Part shown: one piece after another, positions 1 to 10,063 of the stretch
Numbering within the stretch: position 1 is the first letter of the stretch
Layout: every line of letters starts with the position of its first letter
Assembly (NCBI GenBank): GCA_963666205.1
Contig: OY762654.1
Location: 2,816,001 to 2,880,000, forward strand
Source of the DNA: Synergistales bacterium
Lineage (GTDB): Bacteria; Synergistota; Synergistia; Synergistales; JAFGMB01
Direction of reading: 5' to 3'
DNA: 64,000 nt
The notes under the pieces: model-generated
What the model was told of the DNA's origin: nothing
Seen by the model: the letters and a program-made list of their open reading frames with translations, nothing else
Database searches by the model: none
Translations under genes and position numbers: made by a program

Positions 1-1243
1 ATATCCTATCCTTTTTTCAATATCCGTTCCGTCCATGATCTATATACTTTTATCGGGAGTCAGTCCTGCCGTTATCATGGATCAGATGGTAATAGGATTC
101 GAGAAACAGTTTGTCCTACTTGCGGTACCTCTATTCATCCTTGCTGCCAAGATAATGAATGAAAGTCTTATAACAGAGCGCCTTTTTGACTTTGCAAACA
201 GGATGATGGGTTCCCGAAAAGGTGGTTTGGGACACGTCAACGTGCTGGTCTCAATAATCTTTTCAGGAATGACAGGCTCGGCGATCGCAGATGCTTCTGG
301 CCTTGGTTTAATTGAGATCAAGGCGATGAACGATGCTGGATATGATCCTGAATTCAGCTGTGCTGTTACATCTGCAAGTGCGACCATTGGTCCGATCATA
401 CCTCCCAGTATACCCATGGTTATATATTCCATGATCTCAGGGGCCTCTCTGGGCTACCTGTTTATTGGAGGCATAATTCCTGGGCTTTTCCTGGGGGTAT
501 CAATGATGGTTTATATCGCTTATATTTCACATAAACGGAACTATCCATCGGGGGAACCCTTTCATCTCAGATCCCTTGCCAGGTCCTTTTACAAGGCTTT
601 TTTCCCTCTCCTGACCCCTGTTATTCTCCTCTGGGGAATTTATGGCGGAGTTTTTACTCCTACAGAGGCCGCTGCAGTGACAGTCCTTTATGCTCTGATA
701 CTTTCAGTATTCGGTTACCGCATACTGGGATTGAGAAAACTTTTGCATATTTTTAAGGATTCTGCCCTCAGTACCGGTTATGTTTCAGCAATGGTGGCTG
801 GAGCTCTTCTTTTCAGCTACATAGTATCCCGTGAGCAGCTTCCTGCACTTTTAACTAATTTTGTTATGAACTCGGGAATAATAACCAACAAATACACCTT
901 TCTGCTTTTCGTAAATGTTCTTTTACTTCTTCTGGGATGTGTCATGGATCCTATCGTCGGAGAACTTATCGTTATGCCTATTCTTGTCCCCATCGCTATA
1001 TTTTTCGAAGTCGACCTGATCCATCTGGGAGTTGTTTCGGTCCTTAATTCCATGATCGGTCTATCGACGCCACCCTATGGTGAAAATCTGTTCATAGTAA
1101 GCGCCTTATCAAAGGTTCCTTTGGGAGGGATCATAAGGGAAATGTGGCCCTTCCTTGGTGTTCTTATATTTGTGTTGTTAACGTGTACCTATATCCCGGA
1201 TATTGTTCTGCTTCTTCCCAAAATGGCTGGGTATATGCCATAG
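1..1243 (+). CDS. dctM: TRAP transporter large permease (DctM family), 5'-truncated by the window edge
   Basis: DctM motifs LLAVPLFILA, FSGMTGSAIADA, IGPIIPPSIPM, GVFTPTEAAA, IGLSTPP. The frame is open from base 2 to the ATG at 35, so the true start is probably upstream. Confidence 0.92.
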   Translation, partial: YPILFSISVPSMIYILLSGVSPAVIMDQMVIGFEKQFVLLAVPLFILAAKIMNESLITERLFDFANRMMGSRKGGLGHVNVLVSIIFSGMTGSAIADASGLGLIEIKAMNDAGYDPEFSCAVTSASATIGPIIPPSIPMVIYSMISGASLGYLFIGGIIPGLFLGVSMMVYIAYISHKRNYPSGEPFHLRSLARSFYKAFFPLLTPVILLWGIYGGVFTPTEAAAVTVLYALILSVFGYRILGLRKLLHIFKDSALSTGYVSAMVAGALLFSYIVSREQLPALLTNFVMNSGIITNKYTFLLFVNVLLLLLGCVMDPIVGELIVMPILVPIAIFFEVDLIHLGVVSVLNSMIGLSTPPYGENLFIVSALSKVPLGGIIREMWPFLGVLIFVLLTCTYIPDIVLLLPKMAGYMP

Positions 1244-1313
1244 TTCATTATATGTGTTCTGACCATATTCTTATTATTCCAATTACTGTAATAAGCAGGA
1301 GGAAAGAGTATTA

Positions 1314-2051
1314 ATGAAAACAATAGGAGTTATCCCGTCAAGATACGGTTCCACCCGGCTCCCCGGTAAACCATTGAAAGATATCTGTGGAAAATCCATG
1401 GTTCAAAGGGTATATGAAGCCGTTCAGGGTGCTTCAATGATCGATGAGGTAATTGTTGCAACTGATGATGAAAGGATAGTTGAAGAAGTAAGGAGTTTTG
1501 GAGGTAGGGCTGTAATTACCTCCCCGGAACATCCCAACGGTACATCACGGATAGCCGAGGCAGTTGAATCTCTGGATGTGGATCTGGTTATCAATATCCA
1601 GGGTGATGAACCATTCATAAGGGGCGTTATGATAGATGAGCTTCTTGAAGTTATGATAAAGGATCCCGGGATCTCAATGGCGACCCTCTGTTATCAGCTG
1701 ACTGACCCGGCAACCTTTACAAACGAGAATGTCGTAAAGGTTGTTTCAGATATCCATGGTAATGCCCTCTACTTCAGCCGGTCCATGATCCCCTTTCCCA
1801 GAAAGGCAGATTCGCTCAAAGTATATGAACATCTGGGCATATACGGTTACAGGAAGGACTTCCTCGAAAAATACATCGCTCTGGAGGATACTCCCTTATC
1901 AATGACTGAATCTCTGGAACAGCTGAAGGTCCTGGAGCATGGTTACAGAATATTTGTAGTTGAGACAAAACATGAGTATCACGCTTTAAGCATTGATACT
2001 CTGGAAGATCTTGAAGAAGCCAGACGGATAATACAAAGCAGAGGAGTGTAA
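1314..2051 (+). CDS. kdsB: 3-deoxy-manno-octulosonate cytidylyltransferase (CMP-Kdo synthetase)
   Basis: IPSRYGSTRLPGKPL, INIQGDEP, VKVV, ALYFSRSMIP, HLGIYGY, ESLEQLK are KdsB-type motifs; AGGAGG RBS upstream. Confidence 0.93.
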   Translation: MKTIGVIPSRYGSTRLPGKPLKDICGKSMVQRVYEAVQGASMIDEVIVATDDERIVEEVRSFGGRAVITSPEHPNGTSRIAEAVESLDVDLVINIQGDEPFIRGVMIDELLEVMIKDPGISMATLCYQLTDPATFTNENVVKVVSDIHGNALYFSRSMIPFPRKADSLKVYEHLGIYGYRKDFLEKYIALEDTPLSMTESLEQLKVLEHGYRIFVVETKHEYHALSIDTLEDLEEARRIIQSRGV

Positions 2052-2093
2052 CGGTTTTGTAGATTTCTGTTCAATTCACAAGAGTATTGATTT

Positions 2094-2125
2094 CACCCCT
2101 GGAAGGTCTCCAGGGGTGTTTTTTT
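2094..2125 (+). terminator. Intrinsic terminator after kdsB
   Basis: CACCCCTGGA-aggtc-TCCAGGGGTG perfect 10-bp stem followed by T7. Confidence 0.85.
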
Positions 2126-2263
2126 ATTCCATAAAATCCTGAATACTTCTGAAATACATGAAATCCATGGGGTTATCTCCTTAACTGATTCCAAAATAAG
2201 ATGAATTAGTGATAATATATCTTATTAAAGAGCCACAGTATTGAGAATAGGAGGTATAGTCCT

Positions 2264-3157
2264 ATGATCAGGATGCAGGACCTTGTAGTACCTGTTATTA
2301 CTCCATTTGATAAGAATGGTGAAATTGATCCGCTGGGCATTCGGGATCTCTTTGATTTTCTTATCAGAGCTGGAGTTCGGAATTTTTATATTCTGGGAAC
2401 GACTGGGGAAGTCTTTCTGATGGACAAGGAGGAACGGAAAAGAATTACAGAACTTGTTGTAGATCATGTTTCAGATAACGGAAATGTCTATGTTCATGTC
2501 GGCTCTTCTTCAACCAGGGAAGCATGTGAACTTGCAAGGCATGCTGAAAGCCTTGGAATCGCAGGAATTGGTGCTGTTACTCCTTTTTATTTTCATGTTA
2601 GCCAACGGGAAATGGAACAGTATTATCTTGAAATAGCCAGAAGTGTGAGTGAAGATCTTCCTGTCTACCTTTATAACATTCCAGGGTGTTCCACCAATGA
2701 CCTTCTTCCCCGGACAGTTGCAAATCTCGCTGAAATCACAAATATTGTGGGTATAAAGAACAGCATGGCAGATATATTCAGGCTGAGTCAGCTCATCGAT
2801 GAGACCCCGGATGATTTTGATGTTCTTATAGGGGCAGATAACATCCTTTTGTCAGCTATCCTTTATGGAGCAAAGGGAAGTGTTTCCGGGAATGCCAATG
2901 TTTTTCCGGAAATATTCCTGGATTTTTATAAGGCCATGCATGATAGAGACTACGAACGGGCTCACTCTCAACAGATCCTTATCAATCGGATTGCAAACCT
3001 GTTAAAAAATGGTGCGAATCTGGCTTATTTTAAACATGCCCTTTTATGCAGAGGATGTCGGCCTATGTTTACAAGGAAACCCCTGATGGGTCTCGAAGAG
3101 AGTGAAAAAAAAGAACTTCATAAAGAGATAGATGAAATAGTGGCAAGCTATATCTGA
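2264..3157 (+). CDS. DapA/NanA-family class I aldolase (probably not DHDPS)
   Basis: ITPF, GTTGE pyruvate-binding motif, LYNIP Tyr, GIKNS Schiff-base Lys; AGGAGG RBS. Confidence 0.88.
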   Translation: MIRMQDLVVPVITPFDKNGEIDPLGIRDLFDFLIRAGVRNFYILGTTGEVFLMDKEERKRITELVVDHVSDNGNVYVHVGSSSTREACELARHAESLGIAGIGAVTPFYFHVSQREMEQYYLEIARSVSEDLPVYLYNIPGCSTNDLLPRTVANLAEITNIVGIKNSMADIFRLSQLIDETPDDFDVLIGADNILLSAILYGAKGSVSGNANVFPEIFLDFYKAMHDRDYERAHSQQILINRIANLLKNGANLAYFKHALLCRGCRPMFTRKPLMGLEESEKKELHKEIDEIVASYI

Positions 3158-3259
3158 TCCTTTTATGGATCGGAAACCGGTCTTCGATGGAAGAGTTTCC
3201 CATTACCCGGTATTTTACGTAACCATCTTGTAGGACAAGTCTTAAGGAGGGGGTAAAAG

Positions 3260-5056
3260 ATGCCCATAGTGAAAAACAGACTTCAGGGAGCAATGCCCAA
3301 GGTTGGCATACGTCCTGTTATCGATGGCCGCAGAAGGGGTATAAGGGAATCCCTTGAAGATCAGACCATGGACATGGCTCATGCTGCCGGCCGACTTATA
3401 TCGGAGAAACTCAGGCATCCTGATGGGTCTCCTGTGGAATGCATATTTGCTGATACTACCATTGGTGGTGTGGCGGAAGCTGCAAAATGTGCAGAGAAGT
3501 TCGCCAGGGAAGGTGTAGGTGTTTCACTCTCTGTTACTCCATGCTGGTGTTATGGAATGGAGACTATAGATATGGACCCTCTTATTCCAAAGGCTATCTG
3601 GGGTTTTAACGGTACAGAAAGACCTGGAGCAGTTTATCTTTCTGCAGCATTGGCTGCTCATGACCAGGCAGGACTTCCCGCTTTCGGGATATATGGCCGG
3701 GATGTTCAGGATGCCAATGATAAAACTATCCCGGACGATGTTCAGGAAAAGATACTCCAGTTTACTAAAGCAGGTCTGGCTGTTGCAACTATGAGGGGCA
3801 GGTCATATTTATCCATCGGAAGTGTTTCCATGGGAATAGCCGGTTCTCAGGTCAATGCTTCATTCTTCCAGGATTACATGGGGATGAGAACTGAATATGT
3901 GGATATGTCCGAGATCATACGCAGGATAGAGGAAAAGATCTACGATGAAGAAGAATTCATAAAAGCCCTTGAGTGGGTGAGGAACAACTGTCCGGAAGGA
4001 GAGGATCGTAACAGGAATGAAATAAAGCACTCCCGTTTACGCAAAGATGAAGAATGGGAAATGGTAGTAAAAATGACCATCATAGCAAGGGATCTTATGG
4101 TAGGGAACGAAAGGCTTGGATCACTCGGATACGAAGAAGAAGGGGAGGGGCATAATGCCATAGTTGGAGGTTTCCAGGGGCAAAGGCAGTGGACTGACCA
4201 TTTCCCGAACGGAGATTTTACAGAAACCATTCTCAATTCTTCCTTCGACTGGAACGGGATCAGAGAAGCCTTTGTTTTTGCCACAGAAAATGACAGCCTC
4301 AATGGAATTACCATGCTTTTCAACCATCTTCTGAGTGACAGGGCCCAGATCTTTTCCGACATAAGGACCTACTGGAGCCCCGAAGCAGTGAAAAGGGTAA
4401 CGGGTATAGAATTGAAGGGACTTGCCGCTAATGGTTTTCTCCATCTTATAAATTCAGGGTCTACTACGCTGGATGCTACGGGTGAACAGAAGGAGAATGG
4501 AGAATCTGTGATGAAGCCCTTCTGGGAGATAACGAAGGAAGAAACGAAGGCTTGTCTCGAAAGTACAAAATGGTCTCCAGCGAGCCTGGAGTATTTCAGA
4601 GGAGGCGGTTTCTCTTCAACCTTCCGTACAAAAGGGGTCATGCCTGTCACCATGGCCAGGGTAAATCTGATAAAGGGACTTGGACCTGTTATACAGATCG
4701 CTGAAGGCCATACAATGGATCTTCCTCCGGAAGTTCATCGTACCATTGATGACAGGACGGATCCTACCTGGCCGACCACTTGGTTCGTTCCCCGTCTTAC
4801 AGGAAAAGGAGCCTTCACCGATATATATTCCGTAATGAATAACTGGGGTGCCAATCATGGCGCTATCAGTTACGGTCATATAGGTAAGGACCTGATAACT
4901 TTAGCCTCCATGCTCCGTATACCTGTTTCCATGCACAATATACCGGAAGAAAAGATCTTCAGACCAAAAGCCTGGGCCTCCTTCGGTACCTTTGGCCTTG
5001 AAGGTGCGGATTTCAGGGTATGTCAGAGTTTTGGCCCATTATACGGCAGAAGGTAG
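3260..5056 (+). CDS. fucI: L-fucose/D-arabinose isomerase
   Basis: IGIRP-like [57 protein letters not shown]; 598 aa. Confidence 0.96.
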   Translation: MPIVKNRLQGAMPKVGIRPVIDGRRRGIRESLEDQTMDMAHAAGRLISEKLRHPDGSPVECIFADTTIGGVAEAAKCAEKFAREGVGVSLSVTPCWCYGMETIDMDPLIPKAIWGFNGTERPGAVYLSAALAAHDQAGLPAFGIYGRDVQDANDKTIPDDVQEKILQFTKAGLAVATMRGRSYLSIGSVSMGIAGSQVNASFFQDYMGMRTEYVDMSEIIRRIEEKIYDEEEFIKALEWVRNNCPEGEDRNRNEIKHSRLRKDEEWEMVVKMTIIARDLMVGNERLGSLGYEEEGEGHNAIVGGFQGQRQWTDHFPNGDFTETILNSSFDWNGIREAFVFATENDSLNGITMLFNHLLSDRAQIFSDIRTYWSPEAVKRVTGIELKGLAANGFLHLINSGSTTLDATGEQKENGESVMKPFWEITKEETKACLESTKWSPASLEYFRGGGFSSTFRTKGVMPVTMARVNLIKGLGPVIQIAEGHTMDLPPEVHRTIDDRTDPTWPTTWFVPRLTGKGAFTDIYSVMNNWGANHGAISYGHIGKDLITLASMLRIPVSMHNIPEEKIFRPKAWASFGTFGLEGADFRVCQSFGPLYGRR

Positions 5057-5068
5057 AGGCATTTTAAG

Positions 5069-6727
5069 ATGAGTAAATATGCTCTTGGCCTCGATTTCGG
5101 AACATTGAACGGCAGGGTGCTCCTTGTGGATGTTGATACAGGTGAAGAGGTGGGTACATCAGTATATGCCTATAGTTGCGGTGTTATCGATAAATACCTT
5201 CCGGACAGTGAAATAGAACTTGGCCTGGATTGGGCACTTCAGAATCCTGCCGATTATATCGATGTACTGGAACATGCTGTTCCAGATGTTTTGCAAATAT
5301 CAGGTGTCTCACCGGAAGATGTCATAGGTATCGGTGTCGATTTTACTTCTTCTACGATTCTGCCCATTGATGCAGATGGAGTTCCCCTGTGTCTGTACGA
5401 TCAATGGAAAGAAGATCCCCATTCATGGGTCAAACTCTGGAAGCATCACGCAGCAGAACCTTATGCAAACAGGCTCAGAGATATTGCTTACATGCGTAAA
5501 GAGAAATTTATATTCCGTTACGGGGGAAAGGTTTCCTCGGAATGGATGTTGCCCAAAATATGGCAGGTTCTGGAGGAAGCACCTGAAATATACAAGGCAG
5601 CTCATCATTTTATTGAGGCGGGAGACTGGATAGTGCTTCAAATGACGGGCAATGAAAGACGCAGCTCCTGTAATGCCGGTTATAAGGCTATTTGGGACAA
5701 AAGAGAAGGTTATCCTTCTCAGGCCTTTTTTGCCGCCCTCAATCCTGATTTGAAGAATGTAGTAGAGGAAAAACTTTCGACGGATATTTACCCTCCAGGT
5801 TTTAGGGCGGGCGGTCTGACTTCAGATATGGCTCAAAAGACCGGATTGAAACCAGGAACACCTGTCGCGGTGGGGATAATAGATGCCCATGCCGCTGTCC
5901 CGGGTTCTACGGTGACCGGACCTGGCAAGATGGTCCTGATAATGGGAACATCCACATGTCATATGCTTCTGGACTCGAGCCAGAAATTTATCAAAGGGAT
6001 CCCGGGTGTAGTAGAGGATGGGATCCTTCCAGGATACTTTGGTTACGAGGCTGGACAAGCGGCTGTCGGAGATAGCTTTGACTGGTTTGTTTCAAACTTT
6101 ACTCCCGGGTTTTATGAAAGGGAGGCCATGAAAAGGGGAATAACTATTTATGACCTCCTGGAGGAAAAGGCTTCGAGACTGAAACCGGGAGAAAATGGAC
6201 TTCTGGCCCTTGACTGGTGGAATGGCAACAGGTCCATCCTTAATAATGCTGATCTTTCCGGAATGATATTGGGTTTTAACCTTAATACGAAGCCAGAAGA
6301 GATCTTCAGAGCTATGGTAGAGGCAACTGCTTTTGGAACGAGAATGATCATCGATACTATTGTGGAAAATGGGGTTGAAATAGAAGAACTTTATGCCTGT
6401 GGCGGAATGCCCCATAAAGATAGAATGCTTATGCAGATCTATGCGGATGTTACAGGACGTGAGATCAGAGTTGCTGCTTCCAGTCAGGCTTCAGCCCTTG
6501 GAGCAGCAATGTTTGGAGCCCTTGCTGCCGGAAGTGCTGGCGATGGATATGATTCAATAGAAGATGCTGTGGCCGTAATGGCTTCAATAGAGGATAAGAT
6601 ATATGAACCTGTCCCGGAAAATGTCAGTATTTACAATAGATTGTTTGACGAGTTCAGAAAAATTCACGATTATTTCGGCAGGGGAGAAAACCCGGTAATG
6701 GAGTTTCTGAAGTCTGTAAGACTTTAA
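5069..6727 (+). CDS. araB: Ribulokinase (FGGY family, AraB-like)
   Basis: GLDFGT, GVDFTSST, KLWKHHAA, YGGKVSSEW, IDAHA, GTSTCH, EAGQAAVGD, LDWWNGNRS, EATAFG match Bacillus-type AraB. Confidence 0.88.
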   Translation: MSKYALGLDFGTLNGRVLLVDVDTGEEVGTSVYAYSCGVIDKYLPDSEIELGLDWALQNPADYIDVLEHAVPDVLQISGVSPEDVIGIGVDFTSSTILPIDADGVPLCLYDQWKEDPHSWVKLWKHHAAEPYANRLRDIAYMRKEKFIFRYGGKVSSEWMLPKIWQVLEEAPEIYKAAHHFIEAGDWIVLQMTGNERRSSCNAGYKAIWDKREGYPSQAFFAALNPDLKNVVEEKLSTDIYPPGFRAGGLTSDMAQKTGLKPGTPVAVGIIDAHAAVPGSTVTGPGKMVLIMGTSTCHMLLDSSQKFIKGIPGVVEDGILPGYFGYEAGQAAVGDSFDWFVSNFTPGFYEREAMKRGITIYDLLEEKASRLKPGENGLLALDWWNGNRSILNNADLSGMILGFNLNTKPEEIFRAMVEATAFGTRMIIDTIVENGVEIEELYACGGMPHKDRMLMQIYADVTGREIRVAASSQASALGAAMFGALAAGSAGDGYDSIEDAVAVMASIEDKIYEPVPENVSIYNRLFDEFRKIHDYFGRGENPVMEFLKSVRL

Positions 6728-6782
6728 ACCAGCTTGCTGAACTGAATTGTTCTTCTTGCATTACAACATTATCCTAATCTTG

Positions 6783-6817
6783 GGACAGTTCCTGTGAATC
6801 AGGATCTGTCCTTTTTT
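6783..6817 (+). terminator. Intrinsic terminator after ribulokinase
   Basis: GGACAGtTCCTG-tgaat-CAGGAtCTGTCC stem plus T6. Confidence 0.75.
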
Positions 6818-6985
6818 GTCCTTCGTAGTTTTCTTCTCCAATACCTCTATTTAATGTATTTACAACTCGGCCTTGTTCTAGTACTACCAGTAGTGGTAGA
6901 GTTAATTGTTATAATGATAGCTGTTTTTTCAATTTAAGGTTTTTTGAAATCCCAATCCTTGATAGAGAAGGTGGAAGAATAAACT

Positions 6986-8665
6986 ATGGAAGAACGAATA
7001 CAGAAGGGGAGCAATTTTATCGAACAGATCATTCTTGACGATCTTGAAGCGGGTAGGGTCAGTAAAATAATCACCCGTTTTCCGCCTGAACCCAATGGTT
7101 ATCTCCATATAGGCCATGCCAAATCCATTTGTCTGAATTTCGGTATTGCAGAGCAGTTTAAAGGGGAATGTAATCTTCGTTTTGATGATACCAATCCATC
7201 CAAAGAAGAAACAGAGTATGTCGAATCCATCAAAGAAGATGTAAGGTGGCTTGGTTTCAAATGGGCGAACCTCCGTTTTGCCTCTGATTACTTTGACCAG
7301 TTTTATGGATGGGCCATTGAACTTATAGATTCTGGTAAGGCCTATGTGGACCACCAGTCGGCAGAGGAGATCAGGCAGACCAGGGGCACGTTAACGGAAC
7401 CAGGCATGGAATCTCCCTATCGAAACAGGTTTCCTGAAGAAAACCTGGAACTCTTTGAGAAAATGAAAAACGGAGAATTCGAAGAAGGGGAATGTGTTCT
7501 CAGGGCGAAGATAGATATGGCTCACACAAATCTTAACATGCGTGATCCAATACTTTACAGGATCCTTAAACAATCTCACCATAATACAGGTGACAAATGG
7601 TGTATCTATCCCATGTATGATTTTGCCCACGGTTTTGAAGATGCCATCGAAGGTGTATCCCATTCCATTTGTACTCTTGAGTTTGAGGCTCACCGACCAC
7701 TTTATGACTGGTTCCTTGACAATGTGAGTGTTCCTAGCCGTCCCCATCAGTATGAATTTGCCAGATTAAACCTTACATATACCCTGATGAGCAAGAGGAA
7801 GCTTCTTGAGCTTGTTACCCAGAGATATGTTTCGGGCTGGGATGATCCCCGCATGCCAACCATAAGTGGTGTAAGAAGGAGAGGTTACTCACCATCGGCA
7901 ATAAGACGTTTCTGTAGGGATATAGGTGTATCGAAGGCCAATAGTCTTGTGGATATTGAGTTCCTTCAGTATTGCATAAGAGAGGAATTAAATCGTACTA
8001 CTGACCGTGTAATGGCTGTTTTAAATCCTCTGAAAGTTGTAATAGAGAATTATCCGGAGGGACAGACTGAATACCTTGATGCACTCAATAATCCGGAAGC
8101 TGAAGAGCCGACCTACAGAAAGGTTCCTTTCACCAGGACCATATATATTGAAAAAGATGACTTTATGGAAGAGCCTCCCAGAAAATTCTTCCGACTTGCT
8201 CCAGGAAGGGAAGTCCGGCTGAAACATGCATATTTCATTACCTGCAGGGAAGTTATCAAGGATGAGAATGGCGGAATAGTCGAGCTCAGGTGTGTCTACG
8301 ACCCTGAAACAAAGGGCGGGGATGCTCCCGACGGAAGAAAGGTTAAGGGAACCCTTCACTGGGTTTCTGCTGAACATTCTCTTAAGGCGGAAGTTAGACT
8401 TTATGATCACCTTTTTACGATCAGCAATATGGATGAGATGGAAGAGGGCAAGGATTATAAAGATTATCTTAACCCGGATTCACTTAAAATCCTGACCGAA
8501 TGTTTCGTTGAACCTTCTCTTGAGAATTCTCAGGTTATGGATAGATTCCAGTTCCTTCGCCATGGCTATTTCTGTGTTGATTCCGACAGCAGACCTGGAA
8601 AGCTGGTATTCAACAGAACCGTTTCTCTGAAGGATACCTGGGCCAAGATGCAGCAAAAGGGTTAA
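6986..8665 (+). CDS. glnS: Glutamine--tRNA ligase
   Basis: [59 protein letters not shown]. Confidence 0.97.
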   Translation: MEERIQKGSNFIEQIILDDLEAGRVSKIITRFPPEPNGYLHIGHAKSICLNFGIAEQFKGECNLRFDDTNPSKEETEYVESIKEDVRWLGFKWANLRFASDYFDQFYGWAIELIDSGKAYVDHQSAEEIRQTRGTLTEPGMESPYRNRFPEENLELFEKMKNGEFEEGECVLRAKIDMAHTNLNMRDPILYRILKQSHHNTGDKWCIYPMYDFAHGFEDAIEGVSHSICTLEFEAHRPLYDWFLDNVSVPSRPHQYEFARLNLTYTLMSKRKLLELVTQRYVSGWDDPRMPTISGVRRRGYSPSAIRRFCRDIGVSKANSLVDIEFLQYCIREELNRTTDRVMAVLNPLKVVIENYPEGQTEYLDALNNPEAEEPTYRKVPFTRTIYIEKDDFMEEPPRKFFRLAPGREVRLKHAYFITCREVIKDENGGIVELRCVYDPETKGGDAPDGRKVKGTLHWVSAEHSLKAEVRLYDHLFTISNMDEMEEGKDYKDYLNPDSLKILTECFVEPSLENSQVMDRFQFLRHGYFCVDSDSRPGKLVFNRTVSLKDTWAKMQQKG

Positions 8666-8680
8666 ACTATCCGGATTCCT

Positions 8681-8713
8681 AAAGGTCAGTCCGTTCAGGG
8701 GCTGACCTTTTTT
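8681..8713 (+). terminator. Terminator between convergent glnS and the DMT gene
   Basis: AAAGGTCAGTCC...GGGCTGACCTTT plus T run; overlaps the last codons of the minus-strand gene. Confidence 0.7.
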
Positions 8714-9606
8714 AATGTTTTTTCGCTTGATACTATACATATAGCCATAATTATGAGAATTCCTCCTGTAACCTCAGTTATCATAGGAGGCTGATTTAGG
8801 AACAGGGCACTCAGAGACATGGCTGTCACTATTTCAATGCATGATACTATGCTGGCAGTTGTGGCGTTTACCCTTCGCAGGCCAATGAAATAAAGGGAGT
8901 AACCTATAAGGCTTCCAATAAGACTGATATGAAGGATCCATTTAAGTTGTTCCCATTGAAGGGTGGGTATGTCAGCCCATCCTGAAGCAAAAGTTTTGAT
9001 GAATGCCATCCAGAAAATACCGAAAAACTGTATATAAAAGAATAAAGCAGTCTGATTTACAAACCCGGTTTTAGCTGATAAACGGCCTGAAATTGAATAA
9101 ACAGACATGGCCAGGGCTGCAAATAGGCACCATAGTATGCCAGTGAGATCAAAAGATCCTGGTCCACTGAAGCTGTTAAGAGCAGCAGTGCTGACACCTG
9201 TAACAGTAAGGATAGCACCTGCGATCTGGAATCTGGTGGGTGGTTCCCCTGTTATGATAGCAGAACCAAGGGCTGTAATAAGAGGGTGACTGAAAAAAAT
9301 AACAACTGTAAGAGAAACGGAAAGATGCTGCAGTGAGAAAAAGTAACCTGCGTATATTCCACCTATTGTAATTCCCGATAATAGAACCAGGAATAGGCAT
9401 TGGCGGGCTGTTATTCTGAAGAGTTCTCTTTTTCTTAAAAAAATATATATACCAATGGTGGAAGACATAAGAACAGTTCTCAGAAATGCAACACTCAGCA
9501 TGTCTGTATTAAGAATTGCGAGTTGTTTTCCTGCAGGGCTCATGGTTCCCCAGAATATCCCAGCGGCTAAAATGGGAAGAAAATCAAGATTAAATCGGAT
9601 CTTCAA
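8695..9606 (-). CDS. DMT/EamA-family transporter
   Basis: About 10 hydrophobic segments in two repeated halves (FWG, AFLR, LFLNQP); TTG start with GAGGAG RBS. Confidence 0.88.
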   Translation of the reverse strand: MKIRFNLDFLPILAAGIFWGTMSPAGKQLAILNTDMLSVAFLRTVLMSSTIGIYIFLRKRELFRITARQCLFLVLLSGITIGGIYAGYFFSLQHLSVSLTVVIFFSHPLITALGSAIITGEPPTRFQIAGAILTVTGVSTAALNSFSGPGSFDLTGILWCLFAALAMSVYSISGRLSAKTGFVNQTALFFYIQFFGIFWMAFIKTFASGWADIPTLQWEQLKWILHISLIGSLIGYSLYFIGLRRVNATTASIVSCIEIVTAMSLSALFLNQPPMITEVTGGILIIMAICIVSSEKTLKKVSP

Positions 9607-9836
9607 TTTATCGTCTCCTCGTATATCCTCTATGTGCTCTATAGTAACCTATCTGAAGAAATCAGGTTTATTATTCGATTTCCAGAAGCCGAATACAACT
9701 ACAGGTCTGGTGAGTTCTTTACAAACATTCTTTCCAGCCTGTATTTTTTCTCCATCGTTATGCCGAATTGACAATAAGAAATCAAAAGAATTATAAATTT
9801 ATGTTGAAATATGACTGTTAGTTTAATATGTATATA

Positions 9837-9864
9837 TTGACAAATAGTAAGCATGAGATATAAT
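9837..9864 (+). promoter_or_regulatory. Consensus sigma70/sigmaA promoter
   Basis: TTGACA-16 nt-TATAAT; a second TTGACA...TATAAA lies at 9768-9797. Confidence 0.7.
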
Positions 9865-9896
9865 TACACACAGTAAACATTATGGAGGTGAAGGTA

Positions 9897-10004
9897 ATGA
9901 CCAATATGCTTTGTGATGCTGACTTTTTTAATAAACACCGGGTTTTCAGGCTGATAAGAAATCTTATTCCTGTTACCTTTCTTCAGAGGTGTGCAATTAA
10001 GTAA
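9897..10004 (+). CDS. Putative 35-aa small protein (not in the ORF track)
   Basis: GGAGGTG RBS 6 nt before the ATG; MTNMLCDADFFNKHRVFRLIRNLIPVTFLQRCAIK*; flanked by a promoter and a terminator. Confidence 0.55.
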   Translation: MTNMLCDADFFNKHRVFRLIRNLIPVTFLQRCAIK

Positions 10005-10063
10005 TTGTGTTCGCCTTAACCATGTTTGGTTCCCCTTTGATTTATTTCAGGTTGTTCATGCCA

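Noticed and set aside
6730-6985. T-box upstream of glnS (also checked before trpS)
   Set aside because: No GGTGGNACC T-box motif or leader terminator was found.
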